Shown: positions 27,751 to 40,246, counted from the first letter of the stretch. The stretch is 64,000 nt of DNA from Octopus sinensis (GCF_006345805.1 NC_043000.1:61566001-61630000); one strand, 5' to 3'. Translations and numbers: made by a program. The notes: generated by a model not told the origin, from the sequence alone.

Positions 27751-29779
27751 GACAGAATCGGTATATTAAGCTGAACGCAAGAGTAGTTTCAGCATTTCAT
27801 TTATCTTAAACCTCCTTCTACTTATTTGAATATTCTGGAAGCTTATTCTCAAAGTGGTATATAATTTCCAATTTGTGTATCGTTTTCACCTTGTATCTGC
27901 TGACATAGTTATTCGAAAGTTACTTATCATTTCTATTTTCAAAATATTCTTCTTCTTTTATTCGTGACTTTGTATATACTGCAAATTTTATTCCAAAGTA
28001 GTTTTCCATTTTGACAGCACTCATATTATAAAGTAAATTTATTCTAATGCTTTATATAACATCTACTATAATTTTTGCAGGTGCTTTATCATCCCTGAGT
28101 GTGTATATACTGAAAAATCTTATGTCAATCTGAAATCTCATTTCCATTTTCACATTATACATACTGCAAACATTATGTCAGAATTGTATGTAATTTTTAT
28201 TTTCACCTCATACATGGTCTTATGTTATTCAATTTCAGTTTTATCACCGATGAAAAATTTTCAATGATTCGTGATTTTATTGTTTAAGAGATGATTCAAA
28301 TGTCATTTGTGTAATGCTTTTTCTCACAATTCATGACATAAGTTAATAACAGTATCGCACGTTAAAAGTTTAGAAATGCGTCACCATTACATCGTCCTTC
28401 CTTTGTTGTCCTTTGGTGACGCCGAACCAACAAAGGAATATATATAGGGTCATTGGTCTGTTACGAATGGTAACCTATGTCGCTAAAATAACACATATTC
28501 TAAAAAACAGAAAGAACGTACTGAATAATGTCGCTCTAAATACACAAATAAATATGAGAATAGTCACAATGTCAATGCATCTGATAATGTCTACTGAAAG
28601 CAGGGTAAAGTACCGTTAAACAACAACGCCGTATATATTGAATCATCTCGAATAAGAAGTATTTATTGATGCAAATGTAGTGAAATTATAACTTCAATAT
28701 TTATAAATGTGTTTCTGAGGACAGTCTGTCCCATAGAAAACTGAAATTAATAGAATATTTTCATAAAACTGTCTTAATTTATATTCACCTAAAATAATCT
28801 TTTGAAGCAATACATAGCATGCGTATAATTTGCAATTAACTAAAATATAAATCTGCTGTCTATATTTTTATCTGTTAAATTTCTTTGCTGATAAAAATGC
28901 ATAGGATATTATGGTTGCATATATTTTGCTAATTATCAAATCTTATATGCACATTGCAGATTCAAGTCAGTCTTTCTTTAAAGCTATAGAAAGTAATGAA
29001 GATTACAAATGTCAAATTACTGAGGCATCACACGACTCTACGTTTATATTTAATACCACATACGTAGTAAACGAATGATGGAGTCTCTATGTGATTGCTT
29101 GATATACCAGAAATAGCAGCTAAAATTCCCAGTGAACATAATTTTACTGTCAATATGCTGGATTTAAATATTGGATAATATACTCATGTAAAATAGTATA
29201 CTTGTAAAATTGGTGAAGTTCATTGGGTTTGGTCATAGGTTTATCTAATCAGGGCCAGCCTGAGGTTGAACAACACCAAAATGCATGATGATGTCCAAAG
29301 TGCTGGGAATGGATCCAGTTCCTGTTTCAACTATACAACAAGGAATTTTTTTACATTTGCACATAATTTGATTTATAGTTCCCTTTTTCGACACTTTGTA
29401 TTGGGCTTTTAACTCCACTCATAAAAAATCATATAAGTCTACATATATATACAATGCATTCAGGCTAAATTTGATGATTTAATTTCTTTTCATTTTTTCA
29501 GGAGCTGCTTCGTATATTAGTGAACAATGGCGTTGGGGAACATAAAGATAAAAGTTGTAGTTGGGAAAAACATAGCTGATATAGAGGATTGAAGCTTTGT
29601 ATATTTCTTAGAAACTAGCCCCTTCTTCAGAGAAAGAATTCAAATGCGAAAACAGTTGAAAATACAAAGAAGATTGCTGCAACAAATAGAACGAGGAAGC
29701 AAAGCGCGTGTTAAAATGGAAAAGCATCTAAAGGAAAGAAACTCAAGGGCTGCACCCACTTTGTTCGTATAAATCATAA

Positions 29780-30420
29780 GTATTCTAACTGGTGTAGAAT
29801 AAATCTACGATGAGAAGACCCAATTCTGCAAATAGCTGCTCAATCCGGAGAAAAGTGTCTATATACTGAAGATATAAGTAGTGTGGTTGAATATGCGATC
29901 TTTCAGCTACACATAGACTACATCTCTTTGATCCGTTTACATTAGATTTCTCCACCATTTCCCACTTGATCATATGTGGTGTGCAATTGATCATCAGATC
30001 CCACAGGTGCCTAGTCAACATAATCTCTTTACTTTTGTCGAAGAGCTAGAAAGAAACTGGTGGTTTGCATAACGTGTTTTAAAATTGCCTTTACATAATC
30101 CGGCAAAATTTGTCTTTTGGATTATATTGTCTTGAATCACTACTTTGACGTCGGCATCCTACACGACTGAGTCTGTCAAATACGTGTGATCAAAGTTCTT
30201 ATACCCTATAGCAGAAGTTCAGGAATGTTTATGTGAATATGTGAATGTCTCATTCGCTTTATGATAGGATGCATAAGAACGCGTGTTTACATCTAGGGAA
30301 ATATCTAAGAAATCAGCTTTGGACTGATTAGTGATTACAGTAATTTTCAGGCCTAATTCACTAAAAGGATAGCTATTTGTAGCTCCGATACAATTAGATT
30401 TTGAGTAGAGCACAAATAAT
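29780..30420 (-). pseudogene. Decayed PLE of a second family (RT thumb + GIY-YIG C-terminus, internally deleted)
   Basis: GLKITVITNQSKADFLDISLD..Y.SYHK.N (RT7/thumb), DSVV*DADV..NFAGLCKGNFKTRYANH, KWEMVEKS..GSKRCSLCVAER; interrupted by stops and frameshifts. Confidence 0.75.
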
Positions 30421-30492
30421 GTTCTAATATACTTTCTAGAATAAGGTATAAAACAATAGGCCGAACTGCTATTAACATGTAAATATATATGC

Positions 30493-30549
<57 letters not shown>

Positions 30550-30917
30550 ATATATATAAAGCAAATAAGTAACGAGGATGTCCAGGTATTAGTGCATATC
30601 CATGTTATTTGCTTTTTGTTCACCTAAATTCGAGCTGTATAGGCTATACGGGCCTCAACTCAAGTACCTAATTCAACTGAATCTTTCATAATAATTTTAA
30701 TAGGGTATGTTCTTACGTGATATGCCGAGGAATTGTTTGCCCATATTGAGCGATAGCTATATTAAGTGCGCTAACACGGTAACCTAATACTGATCGCTAA
30801 CTCCAGCCTCACCTGTGAACTTGGAACCTAATGGATGACCAATTATCGCACCTATACAGCGTACGTATTCGTTTAGATCACCAGTGAATATGGTGATCAT
30901 ATTCTATATATATATTA

Positions 30918-30970
<53 letters not shown>

Positions 30971-30978
30971 ATACATAA

Positions 30979-31049
<71 letters not shown>

Positions 31050-31052
31050 TAC

Positions 31053-31780
31053 AGTGTACATTTAAACATATAAGGGATGACCAATAGTAGAACATCTGAC
31101 TCACTAGAAAGAGCAGCTAAAACTCCAAGCTACTAATAGTTGCAATTCTGAAAGGGAATGAGAAATAAAAACATTTACCCTATTTTTCCTGGACTATGCA
31201 TGGTTTCTGCAATATTTTATGAATTAAAATAAAATGATTTTAATTTACATCTGGTGTTGCTTCGTCAGCAGGATACCAGGGATCAACATATAGACACGAG
31301 GCGATAAGTAACATGCCCCGTGTCTATATGTTATAATTTTTCGACTCCTCCGCGCAAATGCGGAACTATCCGGCAGTAAATAAATTGCCGATTTTCTTTC
31401 AAAATTAGCCAAAAACCTTTTATCATTAATTAAAAAATCTTAGGGTAGCAAAAAATATTTATAGAAAATTTCTTTGTTACCAGTGGTCTAGCGAGAAGGA
31501 AAAATTTAGTCAATAGACTATACATTATTCATAGAAAATAGTGTACATTTAAACACATAAGGGACGACCAATAGCAGGACATCTATAGTCCAGGAAAAAT
31601 AGGGTAAATGTTTTTACTTTTCATTCCCTTTCAGAATTGCCACTATTAGTGGCTTGGAGTTTTAACTGCTCCTTTTAGTGAGTCAGATGTCTATTGACTA
31701 AATTTTTCCTCCTCGCTAGACCACTGGTAGCAAAGAATTTTCTATAAATATTTTTTGGTACCCTAAGATTTTTAATTAAT
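31053..31780. repeat. Rearranged repeat with one direct and two crossed inverted duplications
   Basis: A 31053-31097 ~ 31540-31584 (direct); B 31098-31197 ~ rc 31585-31684; C 31425-31518 ~ rc 31689-31780. Confidence 0.85.
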
Positions 31781-31783
31781 TAT

Positions 31784-31824
<41 letters not shown>

Positions 31825-32283
31825 TATATATACATATGCATATGTGTGTGGGTGAGTGTGTGTGCGTGCATATGTGCCTTATGGATTCGAAAACGAGGTC
31901 AGTCGCATCATTTTGAGATATTTAGCCTGGGGATGCAACACCGCCTGAACAATATTTATGTCCTAAATGGAGCATAATGAGAAAATGTTAAAAATAAATG
32001 GAGTTTTACCAGGGAATGAAACTTCGAAGATATACCGCCAACTTTATTAGTATCATTTAGTAGAGAGCCTTTAAGGTAAAATATGTTTGTCTATGTTTTG
32101 TTTATTTGCTTAGCCTAGACTTGACTCCGATGTAGCAGATCGATCGCATTCTTTTTCTTCATGAAATGTGTATTTCTTTTAATGAAAGGGTGTGTTGTAA
32201 AAGTGATTTGGCTGCTATTTGTAGTAGCTCAAGTTATCACTGAGACATCTTTATGTGTGTGTAAGTGTGTGTGAGTGTGTGCG

Positions 32284-32334
<51 letters not shown>

Positions 32335-32565
32335 TGTGTGTTTTGTTGTGGTGAACTTGTGATGAACAAAATATTATTTTCCTGAGAATATTTTGCACAA
32401 TAAATTTTTATGAAATCTGGATATCTTTCTTACTGCTAATCTCCAACTGTAAATTACAATTGTTAATTGTTGGAATCTCAATCTAGCATTTATTTTATAT
32501 GAACTACTAACTTTGAGGCATAGTGGGACACAATACTCGATTTAACAACAAATGCAAACACATAA

Positions 32566-32597
<32 letters not shown>

Positions 32598-32848
32598 ACA
32601 CGGTACAAGAATGAGTGTGTGATTGAGAAGTTTGCTTCCCAATCACATCGTTCCACGTTCAGTCCCTCTGCAAGTGTTTTCCACTATATCCCAAGGCCAA
32701 CCATCGACTTGTGACTGTATTTAGTGTTGTTCATCAGAAAATGATTGAAAAACATGTTTATAAAGAGTCATTTGCTTCATACTCGTCGTGTGCAGATTCT
32801 GCTCATAAGAAAGTAACAAATAAGACAATTTGGATGCAGGTCATAAGA

Positions 32849-32873
32849 CCCGCGCAACGCCGGGATGCATTGC

Positions 32874-32877
<4 letters not shown>
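32849..32877 (+). mobile_element. Helitron-like 3' terminus
   Basis: GC hairpin cccgcgcaacgccggg, 8 nt, then CTAG followed by T; the 5' end was not found. Confidence 0.45.
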
Positions 32878-32960
<83 letters not shown>

Positions 32961-32974
32961 TGTATATATGTATG

Positions 32975-33020
<46 letters not shown>

Positions 33021-33577
33021 TTATTTATGTATTTATTTATGCGTGCACGCGTTTAAGGGAACCTAAGCATGAAAGTGTGAGAGTGCGGTCTTCAACACAG
33101 TAGGTAAAATACTGTGTATATATGTTACATTTGAAGGAAATATGTATATAGTAATTATATGTGCATAGATAATTAATCATTGGTATGATTATATTCTAGA
33201 ATACATAAAGAGAATGATTCAAGAGCAATGTAAATATGATGAACTCCAACGGCAAAGAATATATCTTAAACAGCAATGATATCTAACGAATAGTTTGTAA
33301 GGTACAGAATATAAATGACTTTATTATAAACTAATTTAGCAAAACTCTGAAAGGAATCTACCAGGTCTGTCAATAATCTGTTCAATTGAATATTATTTTC
33401 ACGTTGTAGATCCATTTCCCAAAATTACACACTATTCCAATGTAATATATATAATTTGAAACGTTTCTCAGTGATTTCAGCAGAGAACAGAATAATTTTC
33501 ATTTTAGAGGTAAAAAAAAATCCACGTGGAGCCGAGTGCTATACCAGGCAATTATTTAGCGCTCACATCAAAAGATA

Positions 33578-33730
<153 letters not shown>

Positions 33731-36700
33731 GTCTCTCCGTCGTTACGAACGCATGCATTCTTTCATTACCGATCTTAAAATGTTATATTCTACTACTTAC
33801 TAATTCTACTATTAAGTTTACTTTTGTGCAGAAATCTTATATTTCTTTGGGGACCCAGTTCTTGTTCGTTAGCAGACTGTGTTAGATATCTGTTAATATA
33901 TTCCTAAGACATTAAAATACAGTATATACTTGAAAATATATTTATTCTATGAAAATACACTATACATGAGTGTTAGAGTTACCTGAATCATATCCAATAA
34001 AGTTCATAGACGTCGTTATGCTTTACTCTGTATTTCAAAATATTAATACGGCAAAAGCCTGGATGTGGTCGTGTTTGTGATTCTGTGTATGCAAACAGTT
34101 TCGCTTACTTACACGGTGTTTAATGATCAACTGTGGAAAAAAATAAACTGTCAACAAAATGCACAGTGAAATGAACAGCTGTACTCTCTGGTACTGTGTT
34201 CTGCTGAAACTTACATACTTTACCATCGGTATATCAAAACAGCTGATGAACCTACGATCTATAATGAATCTTTTTGGTGAAATTATTCGCCAAGCAGAGG
34301 GCCTTGCAGATTATATATATGTCTGGTGTTCACTCTATCATACTGGAATGGCAACTTCGCCAGGTGCATATGTAGTCTGTATGGTAACTATGATCATCAA
34401 GATTGTATTCTACGGTGACCGGAAAAGTGAAAGCCATCTACAAATCCACGGGAATCACTGAATTAGGTTCTCATCAAAACATAACTCTGTTAATCGGATG
34501 GCCTGATTGCAGCTGCACAGGAAAAGATAGTGATTGAACGCAAACAGCAGCAGAGGGTTGTAGAGATAGGATATGAAATATGCAGAGCCAGAGTGGTTAA
34601 AACAAAAAGAGAAAAAGACGGAAAAATCTCTGAGTAAAATCTAATGCATCAAGTAGACCAACAATATAAGGCAACACCTTCGGTTATGTTTGACACATTT
34701 TCACGTATCGACTGGTCGTGAAAATGGATGGTACTGGAGCGAGTGACCGATGTCGGACAGGCTGGGTGACAGGTTTTTCGATCGCTGGTGAGGCGACTGT
34801 CCGGTGCTCGGTCATGTATGTTGACACTGCAGTGAGCGTGGAAACTGCAGGTGTGAGCCTTGGTGAAGCCAACCGTCGATGCAGATCCCGGTGATAGTTG
34901 CACATATTTCAACGAGACATTTGAGGACCGAAGTGGTGATGGCTTCCTTGCCAATGACGGTTGAGCACGGGTTAGTCGGTCCTAAGAAGCGGTAGAAAGT
35001 TTCCATGAAAGGCGCCGGATCCGTTGTCGTCTCAGTCGAGCGAACGAAAGAATGCAGCCGGCCTCACATGTTAACGTAATCTCCAATGTCGAGTCACGGT
35101 GTTATTGGTCAAATATGTCCCAAACGTATCTGAGCTGATATAAAATTTCGTTTATTTCACGTCACTGCATCATGTACCAATCTTTATATTTTGTACTGGC
35201 CTTGCTGCCACAGCCGTTTCTTTGACATTCTGGACGCCTGTAAGGAAGCCAAGACTGGTAGTCATTTTGTATTTGTTCACTTAGTATCTAATACGGATGA
35301 AGGCTTAGGGGGCTTTATACCGTTCTATATATACCAGTCCACAAGGAGCCATCTGAAATGACTTTGGTGTATTCCACTTTTGCCTAAATTGAAAATGGCA
35401 TTTTATATATGAAAGATGCCCCAAACATATTTGAACTAAACTTAAGGTTTGTCAATTTAACATCAATGCTTCGCGTAATATGTGTATTTACTTCAAATCA
35501 AACCCTACAGTCTTAGAATTACGGAAATCCATTGAAATAAAATCAGACAGTTGGGGCTGGTGTGAATTGTATAAGTTCACTTCGGTGCATGTATTATTTA
35601 AACCAATAGAAATCACGGATGATAATTAACGTAATGACAGTAATATCTATAGCTTACATATTTGTGACTGGGTGCTACAGCAGTAATAGGAAAGGCATAT
35701 ATTGAACTAATGTTTCCCTTCTGCAGTATTGTGCAGTAGTATGCGACTCTCATCTAAAGGGCAGTATGGTAAGAACATGCCGCATACGTCAACAACAAAT
35801 AGCCAAATAATTATGTCAAAGACATAACGATTTGTAGGAAACGTGACCCTAAAAGATACTGAAACCCCAATCAATAAGCATGAATAAAAGATATCAAACC
35901 AGATTAGTTTCATTTAATTAGCATAAGAAAAATATATTTATGAGTAGAAAACTAATCAATCATGGACTTGATTTGTCCTCTTTGTTAGCAACGATCATAA
36001 AATTACTGATCATTGATGTACCATTTATATTTGATATAATGATTCCACTAAGATAAGGATCGTATTTAAATACATTAGCAAGCTGTCTTCATAATGTTAT
36101 TAATAGTGGATTAAAAGGAATCGTGGTTTTCTTGGAATGCGAACACATTTTGTTTTCATCGACAGAACTATTACAAATATCTACGAAAAAGCAGCAATAG
36201 ATACATAGTTCCAAAAGTAATATTCTGGGTCTAAAAACAATGGGAAACATAGTACGGAATCTATACACTTATTAAATCCACTTTTTGTCTTATATAAAGG
36301 TAGAGATTTAGAAAGAGTTCCACAAACATGTTAAAAATATATTTTCGGCTAAGCATTTCATAGTAATAGGAATTATTAATACAGAAGAAGCACGCTATTT
36401 GGTTGCAATAAAACTATAGCTATACACTAACAAATATATTCATTTGCAATACTTCAAAGGAAAGTCAGACAGACTTGGATAGTAATAGAAGTAATTAGAG
36501 TATTTCGCATGATTTGCGTTCCCGAAAGAATATTTATTTTCAACGTTTATAGAAAGACTTGATAGCTATATATTTTTATATCAGGCATCATAGATAAGAG
36601 GCATTAAAGCGGATTTCGCTCATACAGAGACCCGCGCACATGCACGCACATTCACATGCGCAGATATTCATATTTCTGTGAATTTATACATACGTGCTTT

Positions 36701-36949
36701 TCTGTTTCTCTCTCGATGTCAAAATCTACGTATATAGATATCTATCTCTCTATCAGTTTATCGATATATACGTGTGTGTATGTGTATGTGTATGAATACA
36801 CGCATTCACATGGGCACACACGCATACATAGACACACGGACACACACTCACACACACAGACACATACACACGCATCCATATACTCACATATATTTATCAT
36901 CAATATATGCGTATGTATAATCTGTGTGATCTGATTTCACAAGTTGTTC

Positions 36950-37415
36950 GAAAGTTTTCTGGTAATTGGCTGCAGCAAAGAGTTATATTCTTGGAGATAT
37001 CGTACTGTTGCATCATCCGAAAATCCATGTAAGTGAACTGGGTGATTCGGTGCATTGTCTAAAATAAACAATACTCTGTTATAAACATTATATCTACAGC
37101 AGACCACAAAAAAAATTTAAAACCATTCTTCGAAAACGTTCCTAGTCAGCCAGGGCCTTCTTATTTGATCACCAATTAAAAATTTGCGTGAATAAAACTT
37201 TGCGTAACACTTGAAAGCCATTGGATTTTTGTAAATATAAATGGGTAAGGACTTTAATTTCATATCACCATCGGTGTTGTTTTCGTGAAGAAGCGTAGGA
37301 TGATTTTTAGAAACGTTAAATACCGGTGTCATTTCCTTCTCGAGAAACAAACGTTGAGTTGGTAAAAACAGCCAGAAAGGAACAGTTTCGTCAATATTGT
37401 ATATCTTGTCTGGTT
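36950..37415 (-). pseudogene. pogo/Tigger-like DDE_1 transposase remnant
   Basis: KIYNIDET..FW..P, TLL..N.DGD.KLK.L.IY..KNP.AFK, W.T..VFEEWF, VLFILDNAPNHP, SLLQP; frameshifted. Confidence 0.82.
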
Positions 37416-37999
37416 TGTAAGTCCCTTTTGTATTCGGGAAAAAGGACTTAAGATATGACGTAGGAGGAAATGGCAGTTAGTTGTAGGACTATCAAGTTCA
37501 TGAGCACTTCGTACCTACATCTCCCACTTGAGCCATAAACACTCTTCATGCCATCCTCATCCTCTCTTCATCTCCCATCCTATCTTCGTCGGTGTCTCAC
37601 GCATATGAGACTTTGGCAATTGCACTTCTTTAAATTGTTACAATTTATAAGAGTTACCGCAAAGGCCATCATTCTACCGTATCACGAAATCCTGTAACTC
37701 AAATATATATGTACGTATGTGTGTGTGTGTATGTGTATATGTGTGTAGGTTTGTAGCCAAGAGACATATGTATGTAAACTGTAACTTAGAATGCATTCTA
37801 ACTATGGCGTTTTACTGTTATATCGGTTGATTTATAACCTCGAGTTATGTCGTCTGGGTCTGTTTCTGTTATTTTGATATGTGTATCCATGTGCCGTGTG
37901 GGTATATATGTATAGTGACACGATATATGGGTATATATATATATAAATATATATATGTTATGTGTATGTATAAATTGTGACGACAGAAATTTATATATA

Positions 38000-39240
38000 C
38001 AGGGGATGGACAAAATAATGGAAACATTAAAATTTCGGACAAATTATTTTAATATGGGGCAGAACCGACTTTGGCAGTAATTACAGCTTGAATTCTACGA
38101 GATATGGACTCGTACAAAGTTTGAATTGCTTTCAATGGAATTTTTGTCCATTTTTCGGCTAAAACAGTCTCCAGTTCTTGTAGTGATAATGGTGATAGAT
38201 ATCGGCTCATTACTTGTTTTTCTAATATGCCCCATAAATGTTCAATAATATTGAGATCTGGGGACCGTGGCGGCCAGATAAGATGTTCAACTTCACTAGA
38301 ATGTTCCTCGTGCCATTCAGTAACAATTTTAGCTGTGTGATTTGGTGCATTATCATCCAGAAATATTGCGTTTCCCTCCGGAAACATTTCCGTAACCATA
38401 GGATGAATAATCTTGACTATTAATTCTGCAATGAAGGGAAACCCTTGGGACGGCGGATTTCCAAGATATAACCCCACCAGATCATCACAGATCCTCCTCC
38501 ATGTTTAATAATTGGAAGAAGGCAGTCTGGGTCAAATGCTACTTTTGGAAGCCTCCACAGGTATACTTGGCCGGTGGTCGGAAATAAAGTAAAGGATGAT
38601 GACTCGTCCGAGATAATAACATTCTTCCAATACTCTAGGGACCAATTCTATAGGTTTTTACTCCACTCTAAACACTTTGCAACTATTTTTTTGAAAGTAG
38701 TGGTTTTCTGATTGCAGCACTCCCGTGAAATCCGGCTTTGTGCAGTTCCTGGTGAACAGTTTTTGTGGAAACTGAGTTCTCGAGGTGGTCATTAAACTCG
38801 GCAGTAGTTTTGGGAGCTGTAATTTTCTGATCCTCTCTAACAATTCGCGTATGAGTCCGACGGTTCCTATCACAAAGTCTTGCTTTTCTTCCGGAGAAAG
38901 AGGGAAAAACCTCCTCTTTCTCAAAAGCTGTCATTACTTACGAGGCAGTACTTCCTGATACACTAAGCATTTCAGCTGTTTACATTACGCTATCGCCTGC
39001 CATAAGAGCTCCAACAATTTGAGCTCTTTGAAAGTCCGCTAGATCTGTCACGTTGATGAATTTTAATTAACTTTTTCTGATGATATCTGAAAAGAAACAA
39101 CAATTATAGCAAAACATATTAAGCAACACTGAGAATAAATCAAAAATCATAAAAATAAACAAACTTTTGATGGTTTTATAGATATTTCAACATTATGATG
39201 CATTAATGCTAGGTGTTTCCTTTATTTTGCCCAACCCCTT
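38000..39240 (-). mobile_element. Tc1-type DNA transposon, full length (1241 bp), decayed transposase
   Basis: 27-bp imperfect TIRs caggggatggacaaaataatggaaaca (38000-38026) / tgtttcctttattttgcccaacccctt (39214-39240); TA TSD on both sides; SPDES, KHGGGSVMIW, DDNAP.H, WPPRSPDLNIIEHLW motifs. Confidence 0.95.
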
Positions 39241-39298
39241 TATGTATACATACACATACACGCACACAAAGACAAACATATAAACACACGCACACACA

Positions 39299-39339
<41 letters not shown>

Positions 39340-39370
39340 ACACGTGTACATGTGTACATGTGTATACTAG

Positions 39371-39517
39371 GGCCTTCTTTCAGTTTCTGACTACCAAGCA
39401 TTGGTCGGCCTGGGGTTATAGTAGAAGACACTTGCAGAAAGTACCTTGCTGTAGGACAGAACCCAGACCACATGGTTAGTAAGCAAGCTTCTTAACCACA
39501 CAGCCATACCGTTGCCT
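39371..39517 (-). mobile_element. SINE family A 5' half
   Basis: Minus strand: ggtatggctgtgtggttaagaagcttgcttac..caagtgtcttctactataaccccaggccgacc..gaaactgaaagaagg, then (TG)n. Confidence 0.8.
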
Positions 39518-39542
39518 GTATACGTATAAGCATTCGTTACAT

Positions 39543-39583
<41 letters not shown>

Positions 39584-39616
39584 TGATCAAAATAAAAACA
39601 TGATGCGAAGGATTCA

Positions 39617-39694
39617 GCGGTACATATGTTTCGGGCCTTTATTAGACAGATTTATAACAATGCATAATGTATGTCTGTGGCCTTCTTCAGCCGC
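39617..39694 (-). ncRNA. Type I minimal hammerhead ribozyme (mirror copy)
   Basis: Exact reverse complement of 39968-40045. Confidence 0.85.
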
Positions 39695-39967
39695 GCACAA
39701 CAGCTTCCACAAGGACATGTGTTACATCAAAAATTCTTGGTTGGGGATGCAAATCCTCTCATTCGCGTACGACATAATGCGGTAGCAGCATAGAATTGAA
39801 GCGTCCATCTCTTTCTTCTCTCAATGTAGATTCTACATTGAGAGAAGAAAGAGATGGACGCTTCAATTCTATGCTGCTACCGCATTATGTCGTACGCGAA
39901 TGAGAGGATTTGCATCCCCAACCAAGAATTTTTGATGTAACACATGTCCTTGTGGAAGCTGTTGTGC

Positions 39968-40045
39968 GCGGCTGAAGAAGGCCACAGACATACATTATGC
40001 ATTGTTATAAATCTGTCTAATAAAGGCCCGAAACATATGTACCGC
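39968..40045 (+). ncRNA. Type I minimal hammerhead ribozyme
   Basis: Stem I GCGG/CCGC, core CUGAAGA (39972-78), stem II GGCC/GGCC plus distal pairing, GAAA (40030-33), stem III AC-AUAU-GU with palindromic loop, GUA cleavage triplet (40039-41). Confidence 0.85.
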
Positions 40046-40147
40046 TGAATCCTTCGCATCATGTTTTTATTTTGATCAATTTACTCCACCACCTACACCA
40101 CCAAACGGTATACACAGGTGCTTATAATTATCAAGTACTCACCCCGA

Positions 40148-40202
<55 letters not shown>

Positions 40203-40246
40203 GATACGTATACGTATATATATATATATATGTATACGTATCTATG

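Larger units (their letters stand above)
39579..40083. repeat. Perfect palindrome: 252-bp identical arms, 1-nt spacer at 39831
   Basis: Arms compared base by base; identical 61-aa ORFs at mirror coordinates (39600+40062 = 2x39831). Confidence 0.98.

Noticed and set aside
30875-30907. Hairpin gatcacca/tggtgatc followed by ctat as a Helitron end
   Set aside because: Terminal motif is not CTRR and the spacing is atypical
31255-31345. Possible type II hammerhead on minus (GAAA...hairpin...CTGACGA)
   Set aside because: Stems I and II cannot be formed convincingly
39600-40062. Twin 61-aa ORFs (MMRRIQRYICFGP...)
   Set aside because: A consequence of the palindrome; they run antisense to the ribozyme and resemble no known protein
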